DNA of 64,000 bases from the human T2T-CHM13v2.0 reference genome, Homo sapiens. The translations under genes were made by a program, and so were the position numbers. Under the pieces are notes generated by a model. The model was given only the letters and a program-made list of their open reading frames with translations, searched no databases and had not been told where the DNA came from. This document shows positions 13,786 to 27,567 of this stretch, piece after piece (within the stretch, counting starts at the first letter, position 1; each line of letters begins with the position of its first letter). Location: the NCBI RefSeq assembly GCF_009914755.1, contig NC_060927.1. The stretch is one strand, 5' to 3'.

Positions 13786-16338
13786 ATGAAGATATTTCGT
13801 TGTCAACCGTAGGCTTCAAAGCACTCAAAGTATTCACTTGGAACTTTTACAAAAAGAGTGTTAGAAAACTGCTCTTTCCAAAGTAAGGTTCAACTCTGTG
13901 AGTTGAATGCACACATAACAATCAAGAAGTTTCTGAGAATTCTTCTGTCCTGGTTTATATGAAAAAATCCCGTTTCCAACGAAGGCCTCAAAGACGTTTA
14001 AATATCCACTTGCAGACTTCACAAACAGAGGGTTTCCAAACTGCTCTATGAAAAGAAAGGTTAAACTCTGTGAGTTTAATACACACATCACAAAGCAGTT
14101 TCTGAGAATGATACTGTCTAGTTTTTATACGAAGATATTTCCTTTTGTACCATTGGCCTCATACTGCTAGAATTTTCCACTTGCAAATTCCACAAAAAGA
14201 GTGTTTCCAATCCGCTCTGTCTAAAGGAAGGTTCAACTCTCTGATTTGAATACATACATCCCAAAAGAAGTTACTGAGAATTCTTCTGTCTAGCATTATG
14301 TGAAGAAATCCCGTTTCCAACGAAAGCCTCAAAGAGGTCCAAATATCCAGTTGCAGAATTTACAAACTGACTGTTTCCAAACTCATCTATGAAAAGAAAG
14401 GTTAAACTCTGTGAGTTGAATGCACATATCACAAAGTAGTTCCTGAGAATGATTCTGTCTAGTTTTTATACGAAGATATTTCCTTTTCCACCAATGGCCT
14501 CAAAGTGCTTGAAATCTCCCCTTGCAAATTCCACAGACAAGTGTTTCAAATCTGCACTGTCTAAAGGAAGGTTCAACCCTGTGAGTTGAATACACACACA
14601 CAGAGAAAAATTCACTGAGAATTCTATTGTCTATCATTACACGAAGAAATCCCGTTTACTACGAAGGCCTCAAAGAGGTCCAAATATCCAGCTGCAGACA
14701 TTACAAACTGAGTGTTTCCAAAGTGCTCTATGAAAAGAAGTGTTAAACACTGTGAGTTCAATGCACACATCCCAAAGCAGTTTCTGAGAATGATTCCGTC
14801 TATTTTTTCTACGAAGATATTTCCTTTTCTGCCGTTGGCCTCAAAGCGCTTGAAATCTCCACTTGCAAATTCCACAAAAAGAGAGTTTCAAATCTGCTCT
14901 GTCTAAAGGAAGGTTCAACTCTGTGAGTTGAATACACACCACAAAAAGAAGTTACTGAGAATTCTTCTGTCTAGCATTATATGAAAAATCCCGTTTCCAA
15001 CGAAGGCCACAAAGAGGTCCAAATATCCACTTGCAGATTCTGCAAAAAGAGTGTTTCCAAACTGCTCTATGAAAAGAAACGTTAAACTCTGTGAGTTGAA
15101 CGCAAACATCACAAAGTAGTTTCTGAGAATGACTCCGTCTAGTTTTTATACGAAGATATTTCCTTTCCTACCATTCACTTCAAAGCGCTTGAAGTCTCCC
15201 ACTGAAAATTCCACAAAAAGTGTTTCCAATCTGCTCCGCCTAAAGGAAGCTTCAACTCTGTGACTTGAATACCCACAACCCAAAGAAGTTACTGAGAATT
15301 CTTCTGTCTAGCATTATATGAAGAAATCCCGTTTCCAACGAAGGCCTCAAATACATCCAAATATCCAGTTGCTGACTTTACAAACTGAGTGTTTCCAAAC
15401 TGCTCTATGAAAAGAAAGGTTAAACACTGTGAGTTGAACACACACGTACCAAAGTAGTTTCTGAGAATGATTCTGTCTAGTTTGCATACGAAGATACTTC
15501 CTTTTCTACCATTGGCCTCAAAGCTCTGAAATCTCCACTTGCAAATTCCACAAAAAGAGAGTTTCAAATCTGCTGTTTCTAAAGGAAAGTTCAACTCTGA
15601 GAGTTGAATACACACCAGAAAAAGCAGTTACTGAGAAGTCTTCTGTCTAGCATTATATGAAGAAATCCCATTTCCAACGAAGACTTCAAAGAGGTCCAAA
15701 TATCCACTTGCAGATTCTGCAAAAAGAGTGTTTCGAAACAACTGTATGAAAAGAAAGGTTAAACACTGTGAGTTGAACGCACACATTGCAAAGCGGTTTC
15801 TGAGAATGATTCCGTCTAATTATTATACGAAGGTATTTCCTTTTCTATCATTGGCCTCAAAGCGCTTGATACCTCCACCTGAAAATTCCACAAAAAGAGT
15901 GTTTCCAATCTACTCTGTCTAAAGGAACGTTCAACTCTGTGAGTTGAATACACACACACAGAAAGAATTCACTGAGAATTCTTCTGTCTGGCATTACATG
16001 AAGAAATCCCGTTTCCAACGAAGACCTCAAAGAGGTCCAAATATCCACTTGCAGATTCTGCAAAAAGAGTGTTTCAAAACCGCTCCATTAAAAGGAATGT
16101 TGAACTCTGTGAGTTGAATGCAAACATCACAACTCAGTTGCTGAGAATGCTTCTGACTAGATTTTATGGTAAGATATTTCCTTTTCTACCGTAGGCTTCA
16201 ATGCCCTCTAAATACACCCTTGCAAATTCTACAAAGAGACTGTTTCATAACTGCTCTATAGGAAGAAAGGTTGAACTCTGTGAGTTGAATGCAGAGATCA
16301 CAACGTGGTTTCTGCGAATGATTCTTTGTAGTTTTTAC
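13786..16338 (-). repeat. 15-mer HOR variant (2553 bp)
   Basis: Anchor spacing 2553. Same fusion junction at ~14064-14076. Confidence 0.92.
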
Positions 16339-19229
16339 ATGAAGATATTTCGTTGTCAACCGTAGGCTTCAAAGCACTCAAAGTATTCACTTGGAACTTT
16401 TACAAAAAGAGTATTAGAAAACTGCTCTTTCCAAAGTAAGGTTCAACTCTGTGAGTTGAATGCACACATAACAATCAAGAAGTTTCTGAGAATTCTTCTG
16501 TCCTGGTTTATATGAAAAAATCCCGTTTCCAACGAAGGCCTCAAAGACGTTTAAGTATCCACTTGCAGACTTCACAAACAGAGTGTTTCCAAACTGCTCT
16601 ATGAAAAGAAAGGTTAAACTCTGTGAGTTGAACGCACACATCACAAAGTAGCTTCTGAGAATGATACTGTCTAGTTTTTATACGAAGATATTTCCTTTCT
16701 ACCATTGGCGTCAAAGCGCTAGAATTCTCCACTTGCAAATTCCACAAAAAGAGTGTTTCCAATCTGCTCTGTCTAAAGGAAGGTTCAACTCTGTGAGTTG
16801 AATACACACACACAAAGAAGCTACTGAGAATTCTTTTGTCAAGAATTATAAGAAGAAATCCCGTTTCCAACGAAGGCCTCAAAGAGTTCCAAATATCCAC
16901 TTGCACACTGCACAAACTAAGTCTTTCCAAACTGCTTTATGCAAAGAAATGTTCAACTCTGTGAGTTTAATACACACATCACAAAGCAGTTTCTGAGAAT
17001 GATACTGTCTAGTTTTTATACGAAGATATTTCCTTTTGTACCATTGGCCTCATACTGCTAGAATTTTCCACTTGCAAATTCCACAAAAAGAGTGTTTCCA
17101 ATCCGCTCTGTCTAAAGGAAGGTTCAACTCTCTGATTTGAATACATACATCCCAAAAGAAGTTACTGAGAATTCTTCTGTCTAGCATTATGTGAAGAAAT
17201 CCCGTTTCCAACGAAAGCCTCAAAGAGGTCCAAATATCCAGTTGCAGAATTTACAAACTGACTGTTTCCAAACTCATCTATGAAAAGAAAGGTTAAACTC
17301 TGGGAGTTGAATGCACATATCACAAAGTAGTTCCTGAGAATGATTCTGTCTAGTTTTCATACGAAGATATTTCCTTTTCCACCAATGGCCTCAAAGTGCT
17401 TGAAATCTCCCCTTGCAAATTCCACAGACAAGTGTTTCAAATCTGCACTGTCTAAAGGAAGGTTCAACCCTGTGAGTTGAATACACACACACAGAAAAAA
17501 ATTCACTGAGAATTCTATTGTCTATCATTACACGAAGAAATCCCGTTTACTACGAAGGCCTCAAAGAGGTCCAAATATCCAGCTGCAGACATTACAAACT
17601 GAGTGTTTCCAAAGTGCTCTATGAAAAGAAGTGTTAAACACTGTGAGTTCAATGCACACATCCCAAAGCAGTTTCTGAGAATGATTCCGTCTATTTTTTC
17701 TACGAAGATATTTCCTTTTCTGCCGTTGGCCTCAAAGCGCTTGAAATCTCCACTTGCAAATTCCACAAAAAGAGAGTTTCAAATCTGCTCTGTCTAAAGG
17801 AAGGTTCAACTCTGTGAGTTGAATACACACCACAAAAAGAAGTTACTGAGAATTCTTCTGTCTAGCATTATATGAAAAATCCCGTTTCCAACGAAGGCCA
17901 CAAAGAGGTCCAAATATCCACTTGCAGATTCTGCAAAAAGAGTGTTTCCAAACTGCTCTATGAAAAGAAACGTTAAACTCTGTGAGTTGAACGCAAACAT
18001 CACAAAGTAGTTTCTGAGAATGACTCCGTCTAGTTTTTATACGAAGATATTTCCTTTCCTACCATTCACTTCAAAGCGCTTGAAGTCTCCCACTGAAAAT
18101 TCCACAAAAAGTGTTTCCAATCTGCTCCGCCTAAAGGAAGCTTCAACTCTGTGACTTGAATACCCACAACCCAAAGAAGTTACTGAGAATTCTTCTGTCT
18201 AGCATTATATGAAGAAATCCCGTTTCCAACGAAGGCCTCAAATACATCCAAATATCCAGTTGCTGACTTTACAAACTGAGTGTTTCCAAACTGCTCTATG
18301 AAAAGAAAGGTTAAACACTGTGAGTTGAACACACACGTACCAAAGTAGTTTCTGAGAATGATTCTGTCTAGTTTGCATACGAAGATACTTCCTTTTCTAC
18401 CATTGGCCTCAAAGCTCTGAAATCTCCACTTGCAAATTCCACAAAAAGAGAGTTTCAAATCTGCTGTTTCTAAAGGAAAGTTCAACTCTGAGAGTTGAAT
18501 ACACACCAGAAAAAGCAGTTACTGAGAAGTCTTCTGTCTAGCATTATATGAAGAAATCCCATTTCCAACGAAGACTTCAAAGAGGTCCAAATATCCACTT
18601 GCAGATTCTGCAAAAAGAGTGTTTCGAAACAACTGTATGAAAAGAAAGGTTAAACACTGTGAGTTGAACGCACACATTGCAAAGCGGTTTCTGAGAATGA
18701 TTCCGTCTAATTATTATACGAAGGTATTTCCTTTTCTATCATTGGCCTCAAAGCGCTTGATACCTCCACCTGAAAATTCCACAAAAAGAGTGTTTCCAAT
18801 CTACTCTGTCTAAAGGAACGTTCAACTCTGTGAGTTGAATACACACACACAGAAAGAATTCACTGAGAATTCTTCTGTCTGGCATTACATGAAGAAATCC
18901 CGTTTCCAACGAAGACCTCAAAGAGGTCCAAATATCCACTTGCAGATTCTGCAAAAAGAGTGTTTCAAAACCGCTCCATTAAAAGGAATGTTGAACTCTG
19001 TGAGTTGAATGCAAACATCACAACTCAGTTGCTGAGAATGCTTCTGACTAGATTTTATGGTAAGATATTTCCTTTTCTACCGTAGGCTTCAATGCCCTCT
19101 AAATACACCCTTGCAAATTCTACAAAGAGACTGTTTCATAACTGCTCTATAGGAAGAAAGGTTGAACTCTGTGAGTTGAATGCAGAGATCACAACGTGGT
19201 TTCTGCGAATGATTCTTTGTAGTTTTTAC
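16339..19229 (-). repeat. Canonical 17-mer HOR (2891 bp)
   Basis: Anchor spacing 2891. Confidence 0.92.
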
Positions 19230-22123
19230 AGGAAGATATTTCGTTGTCAACCGTAGGCTTCAAAGCACTCAAAGTATTCACTTGGAACTTTTACAAAAAG
19301 AGTATTAGAAAACTGCTCTTTCCAAAGTAAGGTTCAACTCTGTGAGTTGAATGCACACATAACAATCAAGAAGTTTCTGAGAATTCTTCTGTCCTGGTTT
19401 ATATGAAAAAATCCCGTTTCCAACGAAGGCCTCAAAGACGTTTAAATATCCACTTGCAGACTTCACAAACAGAGGGTTTCCAAACTGCTCTATGAAAAGA
19501 AAGGTTAAACTCTGTGAGTTGAACGCACACATCACAAAGTAGCTTCTGAGAATGATACTGTCTAGTTTTTATACGAAGATATTTCCTTTCTACCATTGGC
19601 GTCAAAGCGCTAGAATTCTCCACTTGCAAATTCCACAAAAAGAGTGTTTCCAATCTGCTCTGTCTAAAGGAAGGTTCAACTCTGTGAGTTGAATACACAC
19701 ACACAAAGAAGCTACTGAGAATTCTTTTGTCAAGAATTATAAGAAGAAATCCCGTTTCCAACGAAGGCCTCAAAGAGTTCCAAATATCCACTTGCACACT
19801 GCACAAACTAAGTCTTTCCAAACTGCTCTATGCAAAGAAATGTTCAACTCTGTGAGTTTAATACACACATCACAAAGCAGTTTCTGAGAATGATACTGTC
19901 TAGTTTTTATACGAAGATATTTCCTTTTGTACCATTGGCCTCATACTGCTAGAATTTTCCACTTGCAAATTCCACAAAAAGAGTGTTTCCAATCCGCTCT
20001 GTCTAAAGGAAGGTTCAACTCTCTGATTTGAATACATACATCCCAAAAGAAGTTACTGAGAATTCTTCTGTCTAGCATTATGTGAAGAAATCCCGTTTCC
20101 AACGAAAACCTCAAAGAGGTCCAAATATCCAGTTGCAGAATTTACAAACTGACTGTTTCCAAACTCATCTATGAAAAGAAAGGTTAAACTCTGTGAGTTG
20201 AATGCACATATCACAAAGTAGTTCCTGAGAATGATTCTGTCTAGTTTTTATACGAAGATATTTCCTTTTCCACCAATGGCCTCAAAGTGCTTGGAATCTC
20301 TCTCCCTTGCAAATTCCACAGACAAGTGTTTCAAATCTGCACTGTCTAAAGGAAGGTTCAACCCTGTGAGTTGAATACACACACACAGAAAAAAATTCAC
20401 TGAGAATTCTATTGTCTATCATTACACGAAGAAATCCCGTTTACTACGAAGGCCTCAAAGAGGTCCAAATATCCAGCTGCAGACATTACAAACTGAGTGT
20501 TTCCAAAGTGCTCTATGAAAAGAAGTGTTAAACACTGTGAGTTCAATGCACACATCCCAAAGCAGTTTCTGAGAATGATTCCGTCTATTTTTTCTACGAA
20601 GATATTTCCTTTTCTGCCGTTGGCCTCAAAGCGCTTGAAATCTCCACTTGCAAATTCCACAAAAAGAGAGTTTCAAATCTGCTCTGTCTAAAGGAAGGTT
20701 CAACTCTGTGAGTTGAATACACACCACAAAAAGAAGTTACTGAGAATTCTTCTGTCTAGCATTATATGAAAAATCCCGTTTCCAACGAAGGCCACAAAGA
20801 GGTCCAAATATCCACTTGCAGATTCTGCAAAAAGAGTGTTTCCAAACTGCTCTATGAAAAGAAACGTTAAACTCTGTGAGTTGAACGCAAACATCACAAA
20901 GTAGTTTCTGAGAATGACTCCGTCTAGTTTTTATACGAAGATATTTCCTTTCCTACCATTCACTTCAAAGCGCTTGAAGTCTCCCCCTGAAAATTCCACA
21001 AAAAGTGTTTCCAATCTGCTCCGCCTAAAGGAAGCTTCAACTCTGTGACTTGAATACCCACAACCCAAAGAAGTTACTGAGAATTCTTCTGTCTAGCATT
21101 ATATGAAGAAATCCCGTTTCCAACGAAGGCCTCAAATACATCCAAATATCCAGTTGCTGACTTTACAAACTGAGTGTTTCCAAACTGCTCTATGAAAAGA
21201 AAGGTTAAACACTGTGAGTTGAACACACACGTACCAAAGTAGTTTCTGAGAATGATTCTGTCTAGTTTGCATACGAAGATACTTCCTTTTCTACCATTGG
21301 CCTCAAAGCTCTGAAATCTCCACTTGCAAATTCCACAAAAAGAGAGTTTCAAATCTGCTGTTTCTAAAGGAAAGTTCAACTCTGAGAGTTGAATACACAC
21401 CAGAAAAAGCAGTTACTGAGAAGTCTTCTGTCTAGCATTATATGAAGAAATCCCATTTCCAACGAAGACTTCAAAGAGGTCCAAATATCCACTTGCAGAT
21501 TCTGCAAAAAGAGTGTTTCGAAACAACTGTATGAAAAGAAAGGTTAAACACTGTGAGTTGAACGCACACATTGCAAAGCGGTTTCTGAGAATGATTCCGT
21601 CTAATTATTATACGAAGGTATTTCCTTTTCTATCATTGGCCTCAAAGCGCTTGATACCTCCACCTGAAAATTCCACAAAAAGAGTGTTTCCAATCTACTC
21701 TGTCTAAAGGAACGTTCAACTCTGTGAGTTGAATACACACACACAGAAAGAATTCACTGAGAATTCTTCTGTCTGGCATTACATGAAGAAATCCCGTTTC
21801 CAACGAAGGCCTCAAAGAGGTCCAAATATCCACTTGCAGATTCTGCAAAAAGAGTGTTTCAAAACCGCTCCATTAAAAGGAATGTTGAACTCTGTGAGTT
21901 GAATGCAAACATCACAACTCAGTTTCTGAGAATGCTTCTGACTAGATTTTATGGTAAGATATTTCCTTTTCTACCGTAGGCTTCAATGCCCTCTAAATAC
22001 ACCCTTGCAAATTCTACAAAGAGACTGTTTCATAACTGCTCTATAGGAAGAAAGGTTGAACTCTGTGAGTTGAATGCAGAGATCACAACGTGGTTTCTGC
22101 GAATGATTCTTTGTAGTTTTTAC
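19230..22123 (-). repeat. 17-mer HOR, +3 bp variant (2894 bp)
   Basis: Anchor spacing 2894. tctctctccc at ~20297-20306. Confidence 0.92.
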
Positions 22124-24676
22124 ATGAAGATATTTCGTTGTCAACCGTAGGCTTCAAAGCACTCAAAGTATTCACTTGGAACTTTTACAAAAAGAGTGTT
22201 AGAAAACTGCTCTTTCCAAAGTAAGGTTCAACTCTGTGAGTTGAATGCACACATAACAATCAAGAAGTTTCTGAGAATTCTTCTGTCCTGGTTTATATGA
22301 AAAAATCCCGTTTCCAACGAAGGCCTCAAAGACGTTTAAATATCCACTTGCAGACTTCACAAACAGAGGGTTTCCAAACTGCTCTATGAAAAGAAAGGTT
22401 AAACTCTGTGAGTTTAATACACACATCACAAAGCAGTTTCTGAGAATGATACTGTCTAGTTTTTATACGAAGATATTTCCTTTTGTACCATTGGCCTCAT
22501 ACTGCTAGAATTTTCCACTTGCAAATTCCACAAAAAGAGTGTTTCCAATCCGCTCTGTCTAAAGGAAGGTTCAACTCTCTGATTTGAATACATACATCCC
22601 AAAAGAAGTTACTGAGAATTCTTCTGTCTAGCATTATGTGAAGAAATCCCGTTTCCAACGAAAGCCTCAAAGAGGTCCAAATATCCAGTTGCAGAATTTA
22701 CAAACTGACTGTTTCCAAACTCATCTATGAAAAGAAAGGTTAAACTCTGTGAGTTGAATGCACATATCACAAAGTAGTTCCTGAGAATGATTCTGTCTAG
22801 TTTTTATACGAAGATATTTCCTTTTCCACCAATGGCCTCAAAGTGCTTGAAATCTCCCCTTGCAAATTCCACAGACAAGTGTTTCAAATCTGCACTGTCT
22901 AAAGGAAGGTTCAACCCTGTGAGTTGAATACACACACACAGAGAAAAATTCACTGAGAATTCTATTGTCTATCATTACACGAAGAAATCCCGTTTACTAC
23001 GAAGGCCTCAAAGAGGTCCAAATATCCAGCTGCAGACATTACAAACTGAGTGTTTCCAAAGTGCTCTATGAAAAGAAGTGTTAAACACTGTGAGTTCAAT
23101 GCACACATCCCAAAGCAGTTTCTGAGAATGATTCCGTCTATTTTTTCTACGAAGATATTTCCTTTTCTGCCGTTGGCCTCAAAGCGCTTGAAATCTCCAC
23201 TTGCAAATTCCACAAAAAGAGAGTTTCAAATCTGCTCTGTCTAAAGGAAGGTTCAACTCTGTGAGTTGAATACACACCACAAAAAGAAGTTACTGAGAAT
23301 TCTTCTGTCTAGCATTATATGAAAAATCCCGTTTCCAACGAAGGCCACAAAGAGGTCCAAATATCCACTTGCAGATTCTGCAAAAAGAGTGTTTCCAAAC
23401 TGCTCTATGAAAAGAAACGTTAAACTCTGTGAGTTGAACGCAAACATCACAAAGTAGTTTCTGAGAATGACTCCGTCTAGTTTTTATACGAAGATATTTC
23501 CTTTCCTACCATTCACTTCAAAGCGCTTGAAGTCTCCCCCTGAAAATTCCACAAAAAGTGTTTCCAATCTGCTCCGCCTAAAGGAAGCTTCAACTCTGTG
23601 ACTTGAATACCCACAACCCAAAGAAGTTACTGAGAATTCTTCTGTCTAGCATTATATGAAGAAATCCCGTTTCCAACGAAGGCCTCAAATACATCCAAAT
23701 ATCCAGTTGCTGACTTTACAAACTGAGTGTTTCCAAACTGCTCTATGAAAAGAAAGGTTAAACACTGTGAGTTGAACACACACGTACCAAAGTAGTTTCT
23801 GAGAATGATTCTGTCTAGTTTGCATACGAAGATATTTCCTTTTCTACCATTGGCCTCAAAGCTCTGAAATCTCCACTTGCAAATTCCACAAAAAGAGAGT
23901 TTCAAATCTGCTGTTTCTAAAGGAAAGTTCAACTCTGAGAGTTGAATACACACCAGAAAAAGCAGTTACTGAGAAGTCTTCTGTCTAGCATTATATGAAG
24001 AAATCCCATTTCCAACGAAGACTTCAAAGAGGTCCAAATATCCACTTGCAGATTCTGCAAAAACAGTGTTTCGAAACAACTGTATGAAAAGAAAGGTTAA
24101 ACACTGTGAGTTGAACGCACACATTGCAAAGCAGTTTCTGAGAATGATTCCGTCTAATTATTATACGAAGGTATTTCCTTTTCTATCATTGGCCTCAAAG
24201 CGCTTGATACCTCCACCTGAAAATTCCACAAAAAGAGTGTTTCCAATCTACTCTGTCTAAAGGAACGTTCAACTCTGTGAGTTGAATACACACACACAGA
24301 AAGAATTCACTGAGAATTCTTCTGTCTGGCATTACATGAAGAAATCCCGTTTCCAACGAAGACCTCAAAGAGGTCCAAATATCCACTTGCAGATTCTGCA
24401 AAAAGAGTGTTTCAAAACCGCTCCATTAAAAGGAATGTTGAACTCTGTGAGTTGAATGCAAACATCACAACTCAGTTGCTGAGAATGCTTCTGACTAGAT
24501 TTTATGGTAAGATATTTCCTTTTCTACCGTAGGCTTCAATGCCCTCTAAATACACCCTTGCAAATTCTACAAAGAGACTGTTTCATAACTGCTCTATAGG
24601 AAGAAAGGTTCAACTCTGTGAGTTGAATGCAGAGATCACAACGTGGTTTCTGCGAATGATTCTTTGTAGTTTTTAC
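22124..24676 (-). repeat. 15-mer HOR variant (2553 bp)
   Basis: Anchor spacing 2553. Same fusion junction at ~22402-22414. Confidence 0.92.
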
Positions 24677-27567
24677 ATGAAGATATTTCGTTGTCAACCG
24701 TAGGCTTCAAAGCACTCAAAGTATTCACTTGGAACTTTTACAAAAAGAGTATTAGAAAACTGCTCTTTCCAAAGTAAGGTTCAACTCTGTGAGTTGAATG
24801 CACACATAACAATCAAGAAGTTTCTGAGAATTCTTCTGTCCTGGTTTATATGAAAAAATCCCGTTTCCAACGAAGGCCTCAAAGACGTTTAAATATCCAC
24901 TTGCAGACTTCACAAACAGAGTGTTTCCAAACTGCTCTATGAAAAGAAAGGTTAAACTCTGTGAGTTGAACGCACACATCACAAAGTAGCTTCTGAGAAT
25001 GATACTGTCTAGTTTTTATACGAAGATATTTCCTTTCTACCATTGGCGTCAAAGCGCTAGAATTCTCCACTTGCAAATTCCACAAAAAGAGTGTTTCCAA
25101 TCTGCTCTGTCTAAAGGAAGGTTCAACTCTGTGAGTTGAATACACACACACAAAGAAGCTACTGAGAATTCTTTTGTCAAGAATTATAAGAAGAAATCCC
25201 GTTTCCAACGAAGGCCTCAAAGAGTTCCAAATATCCACTTGCACACTGCACAAACTAAGTCTTTCCAAACTGCTTTATGCAAAGAAATGTTCAACTCTGT
25301 GAGTTTAATACACACATCACAAAGCAGTTTCTGAGAATGATACTGTCTAGTTTTTATACGAAGATATTTCCTTTTGTACCATTGGCCTCATACTGCTAGA
25401 ATTTTCCACTTGCAAATTCCACAAAAAGAGTGTTTCCAATCCGCTCTGTCTAAAGGAAGGTTCAACTCTCTGATTTGAATACATACATCCCAAAAGAAGT
25501 TACTGAGAATTCTTCTGTCTAGCATTATGTGAAGAAATCCCGTTTCCAACGAAAGCCTCAAAGAGGTCCAAATATCCAGTTGCAGAATTTACAAACTGAC
25601 TGTTTCCAAACTCATCTATGAAAAGAAAGGTTAAACTCTGGGAGTTGAATGCACATATCACAAAGTAGTTCCTGAGAATGATTCTGTCTAGTTTTCATAC
25701 GAAGATATTTCCTTTTCCACCAATGGCCTCAAAGTGCTTGAAATCTCCCCTTGCAAATTCCACAGACAAGTGTTTCAAATCTGCACTGTCTAAAGGAAGG
25801 TTCAACCCTGTGAGTTGAATACACACACACAGAAAAAAATTCACTGAGAATTCTATTGTCTATCATTACACGAAGAAATCCCGTTTACTACGAAGGCCTC
25901 AAAGAGGTCCAAATATCCAGCTGCAGACATTACAAACTGAGTGTTTCCAAAGTGCTCTATGAAAAGAAGTGTTAAACACTGTGAGTTCAATGCACACATC
26001 CCAAAGCAGTTTCTGAGAATGATTCCGTCTATTTTTTCTACGAAGATATTTCCTTTTCTGCCGTTGGCCTCAAAGCGCTTGAAATCTCCACTTGCAAATT
26101 CCACAAAAAGAGAGTTTCAAATCTGCTCTGTCTAAAGGAAGGTTCAACTCTGTGAGTTGAATACACACCACAAAAAGAAGTTACTGAGAATTCTTCTGTC
26201 TAGCATTATATGAAAAATCCCGTTTCCAACGAAGGCCACAAAGAGGTCCAAATATCCACTTGCAGATTCTGCAAAAAGAGTGTTTCCAAACTGCTCTATG
26301 AAAAGAAACGTTAAACTCTGTGAGTTGAACGCAAACATCACAAAGTAGTTTCTGAGAATGACTCCGTCTAGTTTTTATACGAAGATATTTCCTTTCCTAC
26401 CATTCACTTCAAAGCGCTTGAAGTCTCCCCCTGAAAATTCCACAAAAAGTGTTTCCAATCTGCTCCGCCTAAAGGAAGCTTCAACTCTGTGACTTGAATA
26501 CCCACAACCCAAAGAAGTTACTGAGAATTCTTCTGTCTAGCATTATATGAAGAAATCCCGTTTCCAACGAAGGCCTCAAATACATCCAAATATCCAGTTG
26601 CTGACTTTACAAACTGAGTGTTTCCAAACTGCTCTATGAAAAGAAAGGTTAAACACTGTGAGTTGAACACACACGTACCAAAGTAGTTTCTGAGAATGAT
26701 TCTGTCTAGTTTGCATACGAAGATATTTCCTTTTCTACCATTGGCCTCAAAGCTCTGAAATCTCCACTTGCAAATTCCACAAAAAGAGAGTTTCAAATCT
26801 GCTGTTTCTAAAGGAAAGTTCAACTCTGAGAGTTGAATACACACCAGAAAAAGCAGTTACTGAGAAGTCTTCTGTCTAGCATTATATGAAGAAATCCCAT
26901 TTCCAACGAAGACTTCAAAGAGGTCCAAATATCCACTTGCAGATTCTGCAAAAAGAGTGTTTCGAAACAACTGTATGAAAAGAAAGGTTAAACACTGTGA
27001 GTTGAACGCACACATTGCAAAGCAGTTTCTGAGAATGATTCCGTCTAATTATTATACGAAGGTATTTCCTTTTCTATCATTGGCCTCAAAGCGCTTGATA
27101 CCTCCACCTGAAAATTCCACAAAAAGAGTGTTTCCAATCTACTCTGTCTAAAGGAACGTTCAACTCTGTGAGTTGAATACACACACACAGAAAGAATTCA
27201 CTGAGAATTCTTCTGTCTGGCATTACATGAAGAAATCCCGTTTCCAACGAAGACCTCAAAGAGGTCCAAATATCCACTTGCAGATTCTGCAAAAAGAGTG
27301 TTTCAAAACCGCTCCATTAAAAGGAATGTTGAACTCTGTGAGTTGAATGCAAACATCACAACTCAGTTGCTGAGAATGCTTCTGACTAGATTTTATGGTA
27401 AGATATTTCCTTTTCTACCGTAGGCTTCAATGCCCTCTAAATACACCCTTGCAAATTCTACAAAGAGACTGTTTCATAACTGCTCTATAGGAAGAAAGGT
27501 TGAACTCTGTGAGTTGAATGCAGAGATCACAACGTGGTTTCTGCGAATGATTCTTTGTAGTTTTTAC
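24677..27567 (-). repeat. Canonical 17-mer HOR (2891 bp)
   Basis: Anchor spacing 2891. Confidence 0.92.
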
